From: Octopus sinensis
Lineage: Eukaryota
DNA length: 64,000 nt
Assembly (NCBI RefSeq): GCF_006345805.1
Contig: NC_043004.1
Coordinates: 94,612,001-94,676,000, forward strand
Direction: 5' to 3'
Positions 23,560 to 39,532 of this stretch are shown piece by piece. Each line of letters begins with the position of its first letter. Position 1 is the first letter of the stretch. Position numbers and translations under genes: made by a program. The notes under the pieces are model-generated. The model ran no database searches. It saw only the letters and a list, made by a program, of their open reading frames with translations, and had not been told where the DNA came from.

Positions 23560-24859
23560 TTGGGTTGGCAACTAAGTTCCTGCCGTTTTCTAAAATTTAA
23601 ATGTTTTAAAAGGTTTAATAAAAAAATAACAGCTAATTAATCAATAATGCATTCACCCTTGTTGTTTACAACTTCTTCCCAAAGTTCAACAAGATTTTCA
23701 ATACCTCGGTAGAAATCATCTGATTTCGACTTGAAAAATTGATCCAACCAAGCTCTCAATTCGGCATCAGCATTGAATGAAACTCCACGCATAGCATTTG
23801 AGAGATCGAAAGAGGTGGAAATCCATAGGTGCCAAATCAGGAGAGCATGGCAGGTGTGGCGGTACCTCTCAGCCATGCATTTGAAAGGTTTCCTTGGTCA
23901 TATTGGCGATATGAGGGCAGGCGATGTCGTGCAGCAGAAGAACTCCATACTGCCGATTACGTCTTTTATTTTGAATAGTCATGTTGAGTCGTTCCATTTG
24001 TTGAACATAGAGTTCTGCATTGACCATTTGGTTCCTTTCAAGCAATTCATAATGGATAATGCCTTCCCAGTCCCACCATATGCACAACATCGTTTTATGT
24101 GGATGAAGATCTTGTTTCACACACGGTGTCGCTTGTTTACCGGGGCTAAGCCATTCCTTACACTGCTTCATATTGATGTACAGGCACCATATTTTGTCGC
24201 CAGCAATGATTCGGTAAAAAAATTGTTGCTTGTGTTCATGAGTTGAGCAGTGATGAGCAAGCAAACCAGCGGATATTGTGGCTTGTTGATTTTTGTTGTT
24301 GTCACTTGAAGTATGCGGAACCCATGCTCCATACTTCTGAACCTTTCCCATCGAGGGAGAAAATGTGGCTGAGAAATTGTGGGAGCATTCCATTTTCTCA
24401 ACCAGTTCCCTTGTTGTTTCACGAGAATTTTCGTGCAAAAGTTGGTTTAATCGCTCTTCATTGAACTCAACTGGACAGCCAAAATGAGGTGCGTCTTTGA
24501 GATCAAAATTTCCCTTTTTGAACTTGGCATACCAATCACGAGCGGTTATTTCAGCTATGGCACCCTCTCCCCTCTCCATACACAGCACAAGTTTTGCAAG
24601 TGGCTTTTGCGGCCTTAGAACCTTGATTAAAAGCAAAAAGAAGGAGGTGTCAAAAATGCTCCTTTTTTCTTAATTTGACATTACATTTTAATGATCTGAA
24701 AATAAACAGAAATTAACTAAAATTAACTAGAAAAAAAAACAGATTCCAAAATGATTCAAAAATAGAATTCTCTAAAAGAAAAAAAATAGATTCTAAAATT
24801 TAAGAGCGTAATAAATTCCAAAATTTAAAAAGACGATTGGAACTTAGTTGCTGACCCAA
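23560..24859 (-). mobile_element. Complete 1300-bp mariner element with TIRs, TA TSD and decayed DD34D-type transposase
   Basis: TIRs TTGGGTTGGCAACTAAGTTCC and GGAACTTAGTTGCTGACCCAA with TA on both sides. ORFs 23869-24636 and 23637-23876 contain WVPHT, AGDKIW, MLCIWWD, LLHDIACPH and FYRGIENLVELWEEVVNNKG. Confidence 0.93.
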
Positions 24860-24949
24860 TATTTTAATAACCATTGAATCTATGGTAACTTGCATATTTA
24901 TAAGCACAGTTCCCTATCAATAAAATATGGTTGAATGTTCACGAGTTCA

Positions 24950-25930
24950 GCATATGTTATATTACATGCAGTTAGCCTGATCTTACATTCAAGTAAAAAG
25001 GATATAGCATCATTCTTCAGCACGACCATCTGCGTAACAATGGTCTTTAGCTAACACATAAATATCCACAACCACGTCAATGGTGAACACAATTATATAA
25101 GCTTACGACAAGTATTACATGATTATAGAGTTGTCTTGGGTTACATGGACGTTGTGAGAAGGTATTGAGTGTTGTTAAATCACATACGGCCCTCCACGGC
25201 ATACTTCATCCATCTAAAGCAGTGCTTTTCAACCTTTTTGCTGGAGCGGAACCTCAAGGAAACATTCCACTGGCTCGAGGAACCCCTGTACAATAATTTA
25301 ATTGTCTTATGCACACATATCTGCACAGGAGAATTAAAAATTACTGTCGATTTTAGCATTTTTGTAACTTCTTGTGGAGCCCCTGGACTGTACTGGCGGA
25401 ACCCTAAGGTTCCGCGGAACCCTGGTTGAAAACCACTGATCTAAAGTTTAATTCACTGTCTCCTGCATCTCAGCGTATCCAGCAACATTAATTATAAAAC
25501 CATGTGAAAATATGTAAAGGTGGCATGATATGACTTTCGATTTTACCACTCCTAATCATCATACCTGCTGGAAACATAGAGTGCATCATTTTGAGGACAT
25601 CAGAAGGATATGCAAATAACCACCAGTCTTTTATTCTGTTCGTATTTTGGTCTTGGTCAAAGATTTTCTCATCACAGAAAAACTAGTACATGCCAGTGTT
25701 CCTGAATGTTTTAAACTTTATTAAGGAACCACTTGGAACAGGTCAGACGGTTTTCCTGTGCCTTTGCAGACATGAATAAGCCACTTCGCAGTACATACAA
25801 CTTATATCAAATGTTTTTGTGCACACATCTGTGATAGTCCACTCCAACACATACTTCTTCGGTTATGGCCCTCGTTAATTTTCCAGGATCACCATCAACA
25901 ATTTTCTTTGAACCCACTGGATGAATTATG
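24950..25930 (-). mobile_element. Degenerate DD37D/maT transposase, interrupted by a hAT MITE
   Basis: Minus strand gives IVDGDPGK, FMSAKAQENRL, FFCDEKIFDQDQ, HIMPP and then MDEVCRGGPYV across the MITE. Confidence 0.65.
25220..25438. mobile_element. hAT (Charlie-type) MITE, 219 bp
   Basis: TIRs CAGTGCTTTTCAACC and GGTTGAAAACCACTG; perfect 8-bp TSD ATCTAAAG at 25212-25219 and 25439-25446. Confidence 0.92.
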
Positions 25931-26099
25931 GTGTATATATAGAGTCCAATTGTTTAGAATTTTACCTCTCTCTTTGATAAAGTTGAAAGATTCATACCAA
26001 AAGCTTCCATTTACATCCTAATTTTACGCACAAAAGATTTTGCAACATTTGAAAGTTAGTATTTTCTAAATCCACACTTGTAGCAACGGTTACTCTCTC

Positions 26100-26486
26100 T
26101 CTCTTTTACTTGTTTCAGTCATTTGACTGCGGCCATGCTGGAGCACCACCTTTAGTCGAGCAAATCGACCCCAGGATTTATTCTTTGTAAGCCCAGTACT
26201 TATTCTATCGGTCTCTTTTTACCGAACCGCTAAGTGACAGGGACGTAAACACACCAGCATCGGTTGTCAAGCAATGCTAGGGGGACAAACACACATACAC
26301 ATATATATATATACATATATACGACAGGCTTCTTTCAGTTTCCGTCTACCAAATCCACTCACAAGGCATTGGTCGGCCCCAGGCTATAGCAGAAGACACT
26401 TTCCCAAGATGCCATGCAGTGGGACTGAACCCGGAACCATGTGGTTGGTTAGCAAGCTACTTACCACACAGCCACTCCTGCGCCTA
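26100..26486 (-). mobile_element. SINE family A
   Basis: Full-length copy. Confidence 0.9.
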
Positions 26487-27309
26487 TTTATATGTCTTTT
26501 CATTACTTGTATTAACATTTTATCTACCGTGGAACATCTCCGAATGAAATAACGAAGAACATTTAATTGGTTTGAAAAGTGTAACATACTGATAATTAAG
26601 TTTCCTCAAACCTCCTCACACACTATACACACAAGCATACATACATAACTACCGTACATAATTTACCAAAAAGTAAAGAGTGAAAAGATATAACCATTTG
26701 ATGCATAAAGAAAAAATGCATATGGACGCAGTACGGAGATTCAATGCATTTCTGCTACTGCTTGTTTCATGAACACTGTTTCACATTTAATTGTCAATAA
26801 TTCCAATATTTCATTACATTTGCGATGTATAACATATATCAGATATCTTAGTTTGGCTCTGATTCCATCATGTACAAACAACATTTTTAAAAGGAAGGAG
26901 TAAAATTTATTAGTTTTAAACTACAAAAGTTTGCTGTATATATGAAACAATCAGTCTCTCAGCAGTAACTCATAGCTATCTCACACACACATATACATCT
27001 TTACACATAAGTATGTACACGTACGCATGCATATATATATGTAATCATGTATAAACAGATGTGGCACACACATTTTTAGTACAATAAAATGTTGGGAAAT
27101 AAAAGGAAAATATAGTAAAGCTATAAGCAAAAGAATTTAAAAGGTTCAGAGATTATCTGTAGTTATGAAATAATAGTTTTGAAGTGCATAAAATGTTTCA
27201 CATAAAACAGTTTAAATTTTGTGGTAGTGATGGGGTAGATTTTGACATTTGGAGTCCTGTAGCTCTTTTCTGTAATAATTTAAGTAAGAGCTGTAATAAT
27301 TTAAGTAAG

Positions 27310-27730
27310 TAGGCGCAGGAGTGGCTGTGTGGTAAGTAGCTTGCTAACCAACCACATGGTTCCGGGTTCAGTCCCACTGCATGGCACCTTGGGCAAGTGT
27401 CTTCTGCTATAGCCCCGGGCTGACCAATGCCTTGTGAGTGGATTTGGTAGACGGAAACAGAAAGAAGCCTATCATATATATGTATATATATATGTATGTA
27501 TGTGTGCGTGTGTGTGTTTGTGTGTCTGTGTTTGTCCCCCTAGCATTGCTTGACAACCGATGCTGGTGTGTTTATGTCCCTGTTACTTAGCGGTTCGGCA
27601 AAAGAGACCGACAGAATAAGTACTGGGCTTACAAAAAAATAATAAGTCCCGGGATCGAGTTGCTCGATTAAAGGCGGTGCTCCAGCATGGCCACAGTCAA
27701 ATGACTGAAACAAGTAAAAGAGTAAAAGAG
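27310..27730 (+). mobile_element. SINE family A flanked by a direct duplication of about 147 bp
   Basis: Full-length copy; 27148-27294 is repeated at 27736-27883. Confidence 0.9.
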
Positions 27731-29099
27731 ATTAAAGAGATTATCTGTAGTTATGAAATAATAGTTTTGAAGTGCATAAAATGTTTTCACATAAAACAGT
27801 TTAAATTTTGTGGTAGTGATGGGGTAGATTTTGACATTTGGAGTCCTGTGGCTCATTTCTGTAATAATTTAAGTAAGAGCTGTTTATGGTAATATCATGC
27901 CTGAAGTTAGAATCTCAACATGTACCTTTGGACAAATCCAGTGGTTGACAAAATTTCAACTGAAATTTGTGGAAATTATGGCATGCTCCAAAACATTCTG
28001 ACTGCATATTCATATGCTCATTAGAGATTTTCATGTTGTATAATACATTCATCTCTGCTGTAGACAAATAGCATTTTCTTGTTCCATTATATGAAGACTG
28101 CATAATTCTTTTATCCACGATTTGATGAGTTTGTCGGTGATGCTTTATTCAATTTGCCTTACATATTTTGATAATGCTGTTACTAATTGTTTGTCTAGTT
28201 TCTGACGAAGACTGACCTCTATCATAAAACTGCTTGAATCTTTCAAACAGTCTGATTTATGCTTTGTTTTCAGGTCTTTCTCTTGTCTAAGTGGAACTGA
28301 TCTTTGCTTTGTGTACCACTCCTTTTGCTTACCGTTTGTTTGTGCTTGTTCACATGTGCATGCGTGTGTGTGTACGTGCTGCACATTGGAAATAACAGCA
28401 TAAGGACAAGGAAGATAATGTGAAAGTTATTATTACTAGTTTCAGGATTAGAGAGAAATAAAAATGTTTTTCGACATTTTGGACTTAAACCGTTTTTATG
28501 GCAACAGTAGAAAGACAAAGTGAAAACAGAGAATGAGAGATAATGTAAAAGAAAGAGAAGAAACAAATTCGACACATTAAATCCGTTCAGTGTCATTTCT
28601 ATTTTTATCCAAGTGTGAAAATAATAAAACTTTTATCTTGCGTTTTTTATTTTCATTTTACACCCACAACCATACAACGAATGCTTACTACTACTTATTC
28701 ATTCCTGGATATTCTGCTTTAACTCATTGAAATACCAGTTCAGATTAAACTAACAGGAAAGATAGACTTGTAGGAATTTGCACATTTGTAGCAGCTTACT
28801 GCTTCCTTTAACAAGAAAATGCAACTGTCATTTATTTGCCTGTCAGCAATAGGACTCTCTACTGGTTAATTTAAAACCATTAGCAGTTAATACTTCTCCA
28901 TAATCTTTGCTACAACTATTACAATATCCTGCTGTATGCCTTAACAAGATAGGTAAACTGTCACTTTCTTACCAGTAACATGACAAATTTTAAGCTGTTA
29001 GCCATTAGTTATAGGCAATTGCAAGTCCTTGGCTGCTAGTAACATCCCATAATTTTTACTGACTGATTTAACTTCACTAGAATTTTTAATTTCAATGGA

Positions 29100-30300
29100 A
29101 TTTCTCTCCAAAATAAGAATATACATACAGCCACTCCTCAGTTCTTTCCCCACTCATGACATACATTATTACTTGTCACCACTTTTGTCTTTCCCAAATT
29201 CATGCTCAAGACTTTTACCTCGATATATTCCATCCACCTTTTCTGCTTCTCCATCAATCTTTCCTCTATATTCTGCCATGAATACCAGATCATACACACT
29301 CAGGAACTGCCATGATAAACCCAAATTTTATGCTTCCTGCTAGAATATCCATTATGATGACAAATAGCAATGGGCTTAATAGTGATACCTGATGTACTTC
29401 AAATGTTCCTTTAAACTTGTCACTGTTCCAGTATTTTAACCGTACTCAACCTCCCATACTTTGACATACCTAGACTAATTAGCCTTCCTCCATTCCTGTG
29501 TCTCTCAGTAATCATGTCACCACGTCATGGAACCTTATTGAAAGCTTTCTAAAGATAACAAAACCCACAGAACAATTCCTTCACTTGTTATATCACCTCT
29601 CATGTATACCACTCCACAATACAAATTGGTATGAGGTATTCTTCCTGCTGACATTAATACACACTGTATACCATTGGTTTTCACTTTCTTTCATGCCCTT
29701 TCCTATAACAAGCTTTCAAATACCTTAATTGTGCTTTACAAGCCACTCTCCATCCAGAGGTTCATCTTCCCCATTGAATACATGAATGAGATTGTTCAAC
29801 TCCTTTTTCACTACAATATAGTCATCTTAACCCTTTAGTATTTAAACCGGCCATATCCGGCCAAAATAGTTAATCTGTTTCATGTTCAAACTGACCAGAT
29901 CCAGGCCCTCACACCTACCCTACAATGTTATTCTACATTAAGTAATTACACCATCAAGATCTTGAAGATATGAGAAAATGCATGATTAATTCAAATCAAT
30001 GGGAATCAATAGGCATTATGTTTGATAGAATAATCTGAATGTTAAAGGGTTAAACCACCCATCTATAAATCAATTATTTTCTTCAAATACCAACTTACAG
30101 CAGATATAACTTATTTATCACATATCCTAGACAACTCTCCTAAGCCATACATGTATCCACTTCTTTATTTTATTGCTTGTGCAATTTTTTCTTCAGAAAT
30201 TTCTCTGTTGGACTTAGAGCCATTCATTCTCCACAGCAATTTTTCCTACTTCATCCTCCAAGACGCTCATACTTCCTTCATAGCATTTCTCATTTGCTGA
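29100..30300 (-). pseudogene. Possible ancient LINE RT relic
   Basis: Only faint motifs: REISEEKIAQAIK, and SVYDLVFMAE resembling YADDLVLMAE. Confidence 0.3.
29831..30049. mobile_element. piggyBac-type MITE, 219 bp
   Basis: TTAA|CCCTTTAGTATT ... AATGTTAAAGGG|TTAA. Confidence 0.85.
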
Positions 30301-30328
30301 CACTTCTGATATAGGGAAATATACAGTA

Positions 30329-30545
30329 TGAGGGAGTACTGAAAAGTTTTTGGCTTTGGATTAAAGAACATACAGGAGCATCAGTTAATTACGATTTTAT
30401 TCAATATTTTTCCCTCTCAGATTCAAACACTTATTTCAGTGGTCCTTCAGTTTTTCTAAGCCCTACAAAAGAACTCAGAAGGTTGGGTCTCCAGCCAGGC
30501 CTTTCGTGATACCCTTAAAACCAGGAACTTTTCAGCACACCCTTG
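30329..30545. mobile_element. Mariner-type MITE
   Basis: TA|TGAGGGAGTACTGAAAAGTTTTTGGCTTT ... AAAACCAGGAACTTTTCAGCACACCCTTG|TA; second copy at 35857-36079. Confidence 0.8.
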
Positions 30546-30562
30546 TAAGAGTACATGAGGCA

Positions 30563-30597
<35 letters not shown>

Positions 30598-30756
30598 TAG
30601 ATAGATGGACAGGTGGATGGATGGATGGATGGATGGATGGGTGGGCAAATAGATGGATGGATTGATAGATGGGTGTAAAGTTATATAAGTAGACATAGAT
30701 AAATAAATGGAAGGGTCACCCTGGGTGGCACACACTCTAGTTATGCTAGTGGGTCT

Positions 30757-31285
30757 GGTGATCTTGGGCTAGCAGATGGTAGGGGTTTACTTCCCCTGCT
30801 TACAATATATATCAGATGCAGATTGCATCGGAAGACCAGCTGGAGGAGGCGTCCTCCTGGAGTAAAAAATAGCAGTAATGTCGGTTCTTATGGAACAGCC
30901 ATGTTTGAGTGGCAATAAGCATTACTTCACAGTATAGTTACTGCTTACATCTCTTATAGAGAATTTCTTACTGGCTAATTTGCTTGTTGCAAGATCAGTG
31001 ACAGTGTGTCATTTGTTCTCCATATATTGTGAGCTGGAGAGAACTACTGCTCTCTCTAGCTGACAAATATCTACCAACAAGGATGACCAGAAAGAGGTCA
31101 AAATGGTACAGTCGGTGATCTTGGAGCTGGAAGTTTGTAGGGGTTTACTCCCCTGCTTGCAATATATATTGGATGCAGATTGCATCGAATAACCAGATGG
31201 AGGAAGCGTTCTCTTGGGGTGAAAAATAGTGGTACATCTGCTCTTATGGAGCAGCCTTGTTTAAGTGGTGACAAACGTTACTTCT
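30757..31285. repeat. Diverged direct repeat of about 170 bp with 357-bp period
   Basis: GGTGATCTTGG...AGGGGTTTACT.CCCCTGCTT...GATGCAGATTGCATCG...TTACTTC begins at 30757 and again at 31114. Confidence 0.75.
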
Positions 31286-31399
31286 CATTTATTTATAATA
31301 ATTTGAAATTGATGATTCCATATGATGTTCCTGTGAGTTTCATAGATGGACATTGCATAGTTTCAAATGAGAAATGTAGAGTAATGGGTGAATGGTACA

Positions 31400-31770
31400 A
31401 AGGAGAAGAAAAAGGAGGAATGGTGGGTGGGAAAGAAGGGGGTGGGGGAGGATGAGGAGGGGAATAAGAGAAGAGGGGAAAGAGAAGGGGTGGAGGATGA
31501 GGGGGATGAGGAGGGGAGAAGAGGAGAAGATGAGGAGGGGAGGATAATGAAGGGAAGATAAGGACAGTAAGAAGGGGAGGAGGAGGCAGAAAGGGAGGGA
31601 GGGGTGGATGTAGAAGGGGGAGAAGAGGTGGAAGGGGAGTAAGAGGAGGTGGAAGGGGGAGAGGGAGTGGAAGGTGAGGGAGAGGAGGAGGTAGAAGGGG
31701 AGGAAGAGGAGCTACAAGAGGTAGAGAAGGGGTTGATGGAGAGGAAGAGAAGGAAAAGGAAGGGGAAAAA
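31400..31770. repeat. Polypurine (GGA/GA-rich) low-complexity tract
   Basis: Direct reading. Confidence 0.9.
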
Positions 31771-32079
31771 ACTAACAAATTAAAAGTGTTAATGAAGGAA
31801 ATGAAAATAGATTTAGAAAATAGGAAATGGACATGAATACATAAAAAGAAAATGCATGAATGTAAGTATATATATGTATGTATGTACATTAATATATACA
31901 CACACATATATGTATAAGCAAGTATATATGTAGATATGAATATATATATATATGTGTGTATATTTTTCTCTTTATGGATTCATATCTGTTTCATTTTTCT
32001 AAGTCTATTTTAATTTCTTTTATTAAAACTTTAAAATTTCATTTCAGAATATCAGTTCGTTTCTCTGTGTGTGTGTGTA

Positions 32080-35760
<3,681 letters not shown>

Positions 35761-35856
35761 AGGTGATGGTTGTGTGATGCATAATGAAGTTAGACAAACA
35801 CCATGAAAATGCAAAATCTATTGAGTGAAAGTGTCTGAGAATGACAGAATGACGCA

Positions 35857-36079
35857 TAAAGGGTTGCTGAAAACTTCCTGGCTTTGAGTAAAAGAAAATA
35901 CAGGAGGATCAGTTAATGATGATTTTATTGAACATATTCCCCTCTCAGATTCACACACTTATTACAGCATCCCTTCAGTTTTTCTAAGCCCTGTAAAAAA
36001 AAAAAAATCACGGAAGGGTGGTCCTTCAAGCAGGCCTTTCACAATACCCTTAAAGCCAGCAACTTTTCCCCACCCCTTA
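35857..36079. mobile_element. Mariner-type MITE, copy 2
   Basis: Colinear with 30329-30545. Confidence 0.75.
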
Positions 36080-36245
36080 TAGCAGGGATGATATGAATGT
36101 ATATTTGCAAGGGACAGATGAAGCAATGAAGGGAAATGAGAGAAAATAATACCGTGTTTATTGGAGCAAGAAGGCAGGATTTTACAGTAGAACATTTCTG
36201 TATTCAGTCCCACTGCACAACATTTCATGTGAATAATTCCTACAT

Positions 36246-36663
36246 GGACACAGGCATGGCCATGTGGTAAGAGGTTTACTTCCCAACTACATGGTTTTGG
36301 TTTCAGTCCTACCATGTGGAACATTTAGCCTTCTGCTATAGCTTTGGGCTGACTAAAGCCGTGTGAGTCAATTTGATAGATGGAAACTGAAAGATCATCA
36401 TACATTTGTATAATGTGTATGTGTCTGTGTATGTGTGTGTATCTGTCTGTCTGTCTCTCTCTCTCTCTGTACCCCCACCACCACTTGATAACTGCTGTTG
36501 GTGTGTTTATATCCTTGTAACTTAGCAGTTCAGCAAAAGTAACTGGTAGGATGAGTACCAGGCTTAAAAAGGAAAAAAAAACGTACTGGGATCAACTCAT
36601 TCGACTAAAAGACTTTAAGGTGGTACCCCAGCATGGCCACACTCTAATGACTGAAACAAGTAA
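36246..36663 (+). mobile_element. SINE family A, older subfamily
   Basis: Diverged but colinear; tail GGTGGTACCCCAGCATGGCCAC...GACTGAAACAAGTAA. Confidence 0.8.
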
Positions 36664-37089
36664 ACAACTGCTGTATCATTGAGTCAACCCAAACCTTCTC
36701 ATTGAAAGTAGATATAAACCTATGTTGAGGCATTTTTGAACTTACATATCCATTGGTGGTTGCTTTAATCTAGTACCTGGTTTAACAACACTTGGTACTT
36801 AGGAAACTTGAATGCTGACATGTATGTTGCTTGTATGTGGATTAGGTTTCCTACGGTCTGAAAATACCTCAGTATCATTATAAGTTGCTTTCTACTGCAG
36901 CAACCTGAGACTGCTGGCTTTTTTATCTTTCAGTTTCTACCACTAGCCAAAGACTAAGAGAGGCCCAAAGCAATTAAAAGATTCTGGTGCTCCCATATAT
37001 GTGTGATGAAAAATATAAACAGTAATAAGCCATAAAATAAATTTTTAATTTTCAAAATAAAACAAGACTAACAGTAAGATGGAAAGTAA

Positions 37090-37494
37090 TCTCTTTTACT
37101 CTTTTACTTGTTTCAGTCATTTGTCTGCGGCCATGCTGGAGTACCGCCTTTAGTCGAGCAAATCGACCCCAGGACTTATTCTTTGTAAGCCTAGTACTTA
37201 TTCTATCGGTCTCTTTTACCAAACCACTAAGTTACGGGGGACATAAACACACCAGCATCGGTTGTCAAGCAATGCTAGGGGGACAAACACTGACACACAC
37301 ACATACATATATATACATATACATATATACGATGGGCTTCTTTCAGTTTCCGTCAACCAAATCCACTCACAAGGCTTTGGTCAGCCCGAGGCTATAGTAG
37401 AAGACACTTGCCCAAGATGCCACGCAGTGGGACTGAACCCGGAATCATGTGGTTGGTAAGCAAGCTACTTACCACACAGCCACTCCTGTGCCTA
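37090..37494 (-). mobile_element. SINE family A
   Basis: Full-length copy. Confidence 0.9.
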
Positions 37495-37577
37495 TATGTT
37501 TATTTTTGTATACTTCCACTTTATTTACATTTAAAAACTTTTCTCCTACTTTTTTTAATTGCAGAGCCTTTGATCGT

Positions 37578-37905
37578 CTTGTGCCGGTGGCATTTAAAAA
37601 GCACCATTTGTGCATGGTTATTGCCAGTGCTGCCTGACTGGCTCCTATGCTGGTAGCACGTAAAAAGCACCATTCAAGTTTGGTTAATGCCAGTACCAGC
37701 TGACTGGCCCTCGTGCTGGTGGCATGTAAAACCACCCACTACAGTCTTGGAGTGGTTGGCATTAGGAAGGGCATCCAGCTGTAGAAACTTTGCCAGATTG
37801 GACTGGAGCCTGATGCAGCCCTGTCTTGCCAGCCTTCAATCAAACCGTCCAACCCATACCCGCAGGGAAAGCGGATGTTAAATGATGACGATGATGATAA
37901 TGATG
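37578..37905 (+). mobile_element. RTE LINE 3'-tail fragment
   Basis: Matches 15660-15925; (GAT)n tail. Confidence 0.8.
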
Positions 37906-37942
37906 ACATCTTGTATACTTAGTACAAATAAATCATCCCAAT

Positions 37943-38105
37943 TATTCTTTTCTCCTCTAGGCACAAGGACTGAAATTTAGGGGGAGGGGGCCAGTCAGTT
38001 TGATCAACCCCAGTATGCAACTGGTACTTAATTTATCGATCCTGAAAGGATGAAAGGTAAAGTCGACCTCAGCAGAGATTGAACTCAGAACGTAAAGACA
38101 GACAA
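37943..38105 (-). mobile_element. SINE family C fragment
   Basis: GAAAGGATGAAAGGTAAAGTCGACCTC central domain in reverse orientation. Confidence 0.8.
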
Positions 38106-38904
38106 AGGCATCCTAAATATTAATTTAGCAAATTTAAAGTGATTTCTTTTGTGCTGTAAACCCATTACTGTTTCTGTGGTCCCCTCCCCACTTCTTGTGA
38201 TGCCCTAAGCACATGCTTATTTTGCATAATGGTTAATATCCAGTGCTGCTGGTTCTTCATCCATAAAACAACAGTGATAATTAGGCTTACGATTAGTTGG
38301 AAAGCAAGACATATAGAGAGAGACAAAGAAATAAAGTGGAAGGAAAAGGAGAGAGAATAAGACAATTATAAGGCATAAGAGGGAGACATAGAGAGGCAGA
38401 GACAAGCAGATTGACTGGAAAACCTTTGACCAATCAGTTTGCTGTGTCAGTACTGATAAGGGTTCAAACACTGACTGCAATATACTGATGTGATATGTAT
38501 TTGTTATTGTTCTCTCAATAAAGAGGAGGTAAAATAAGTAATGCTAATGATCCTGATAATAATGGGGAGTGGGAGGAGGGGGATAGTAATAATCAGAATA
38601 GTGTTGAGCAAGAGGTAGAGGAGGATAATCGTAATAAAAATGATAATAACATTGATGATTAAGCGAAGGATACTAATTATGGTAATAATGGTGCAGCAAA
38701 TGATAATTATGATCCTAATAATAATAATGAAAATGAGGTGGATTAGGATAATTATAATAACAACAAGAAGGACAAGAAGTTGAAAGGGTCGAGGCTGATG
38801 ATGATATGAATATAATGTTGGTAATGATATTGTTATATCAATGTCTTAATAATAAAAAAGAAATAAGTAAAAAAAAGATTTTAAAATTGATAGTAATATT
38901 CATT

Positions 38905-39532
38905 TCAAATTTTGGCACAAGGCCAGCAGTTCTGGGGCAGGGATTAAGTCGATTACATCAACCCTAGTGCTCAATTGGTACTTATTTTATATCTTGTCAG
39001 GATTTGAACTCAAGATGTAAAGGTGTATATATGTATATGTATATATACTGCTTGTATATATGTATATGTATATGTATATATACTGCTAAGCATTTATATA
39101 TATATATGTATATGTTTACGTAATAAACTGCACGGTGGATATGAAAAATTAGAACCTATAGACACGTGGCTGTTTACTTATAGTTCCATGTCTATGGATT
39201 CAGTCTTGGCAACCTACTGAGGATGCAGTGCCAGATATAAACTGAGATTATTTTATTTCAATCTGTATTTAAGTCTGCAGAAAACTTGCAGGGTCTAGGA
39301 TTAAGGTAAAAGTTTTTACTTTTCAATCACTTTCGGAATTACAACAATTGGTGGCATGGAGTTTTTAACTGCTCTTTCTAGCGAGTTAGATATCCTATTC
39401 TTTGGGTATCTCTTTTGTGTTTTATATGTTTATGTATATATACTGCTTAGCATTTATATATATATGTATATGTATATATACTGCTAAGCATTTTGCCTGA
39501 CACGATAGCAATTCTACCAGCTCACCACCTTA
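38905..39532 (-). mobile_element. SINE family C split by microsatellite and an HHR element
   Basis: 3' half at 38905-39022, 5' half at 39478-39532. Confidence 0.65.
39213..39299 (+). ncRNA. Type I hammerhead ribozyme with long stem II, in an element of about 310 bp (39115-39425)
   Basis: ccta CTGAGGA tgcag(46 nt)ctgca GAAA acttgcaggg TC tagg. Confidence 0.7.

Noticed and set aside
28145-28384. 79-aa minus-strand ORF in unique sequence
   Set aside because: No recognisable motif and no convincing splice-site pair.
31293-31907. 204-aa proline-rich ORF
   Set aside because: It is the antisense translation of the polypurine tract plus microsatellite.
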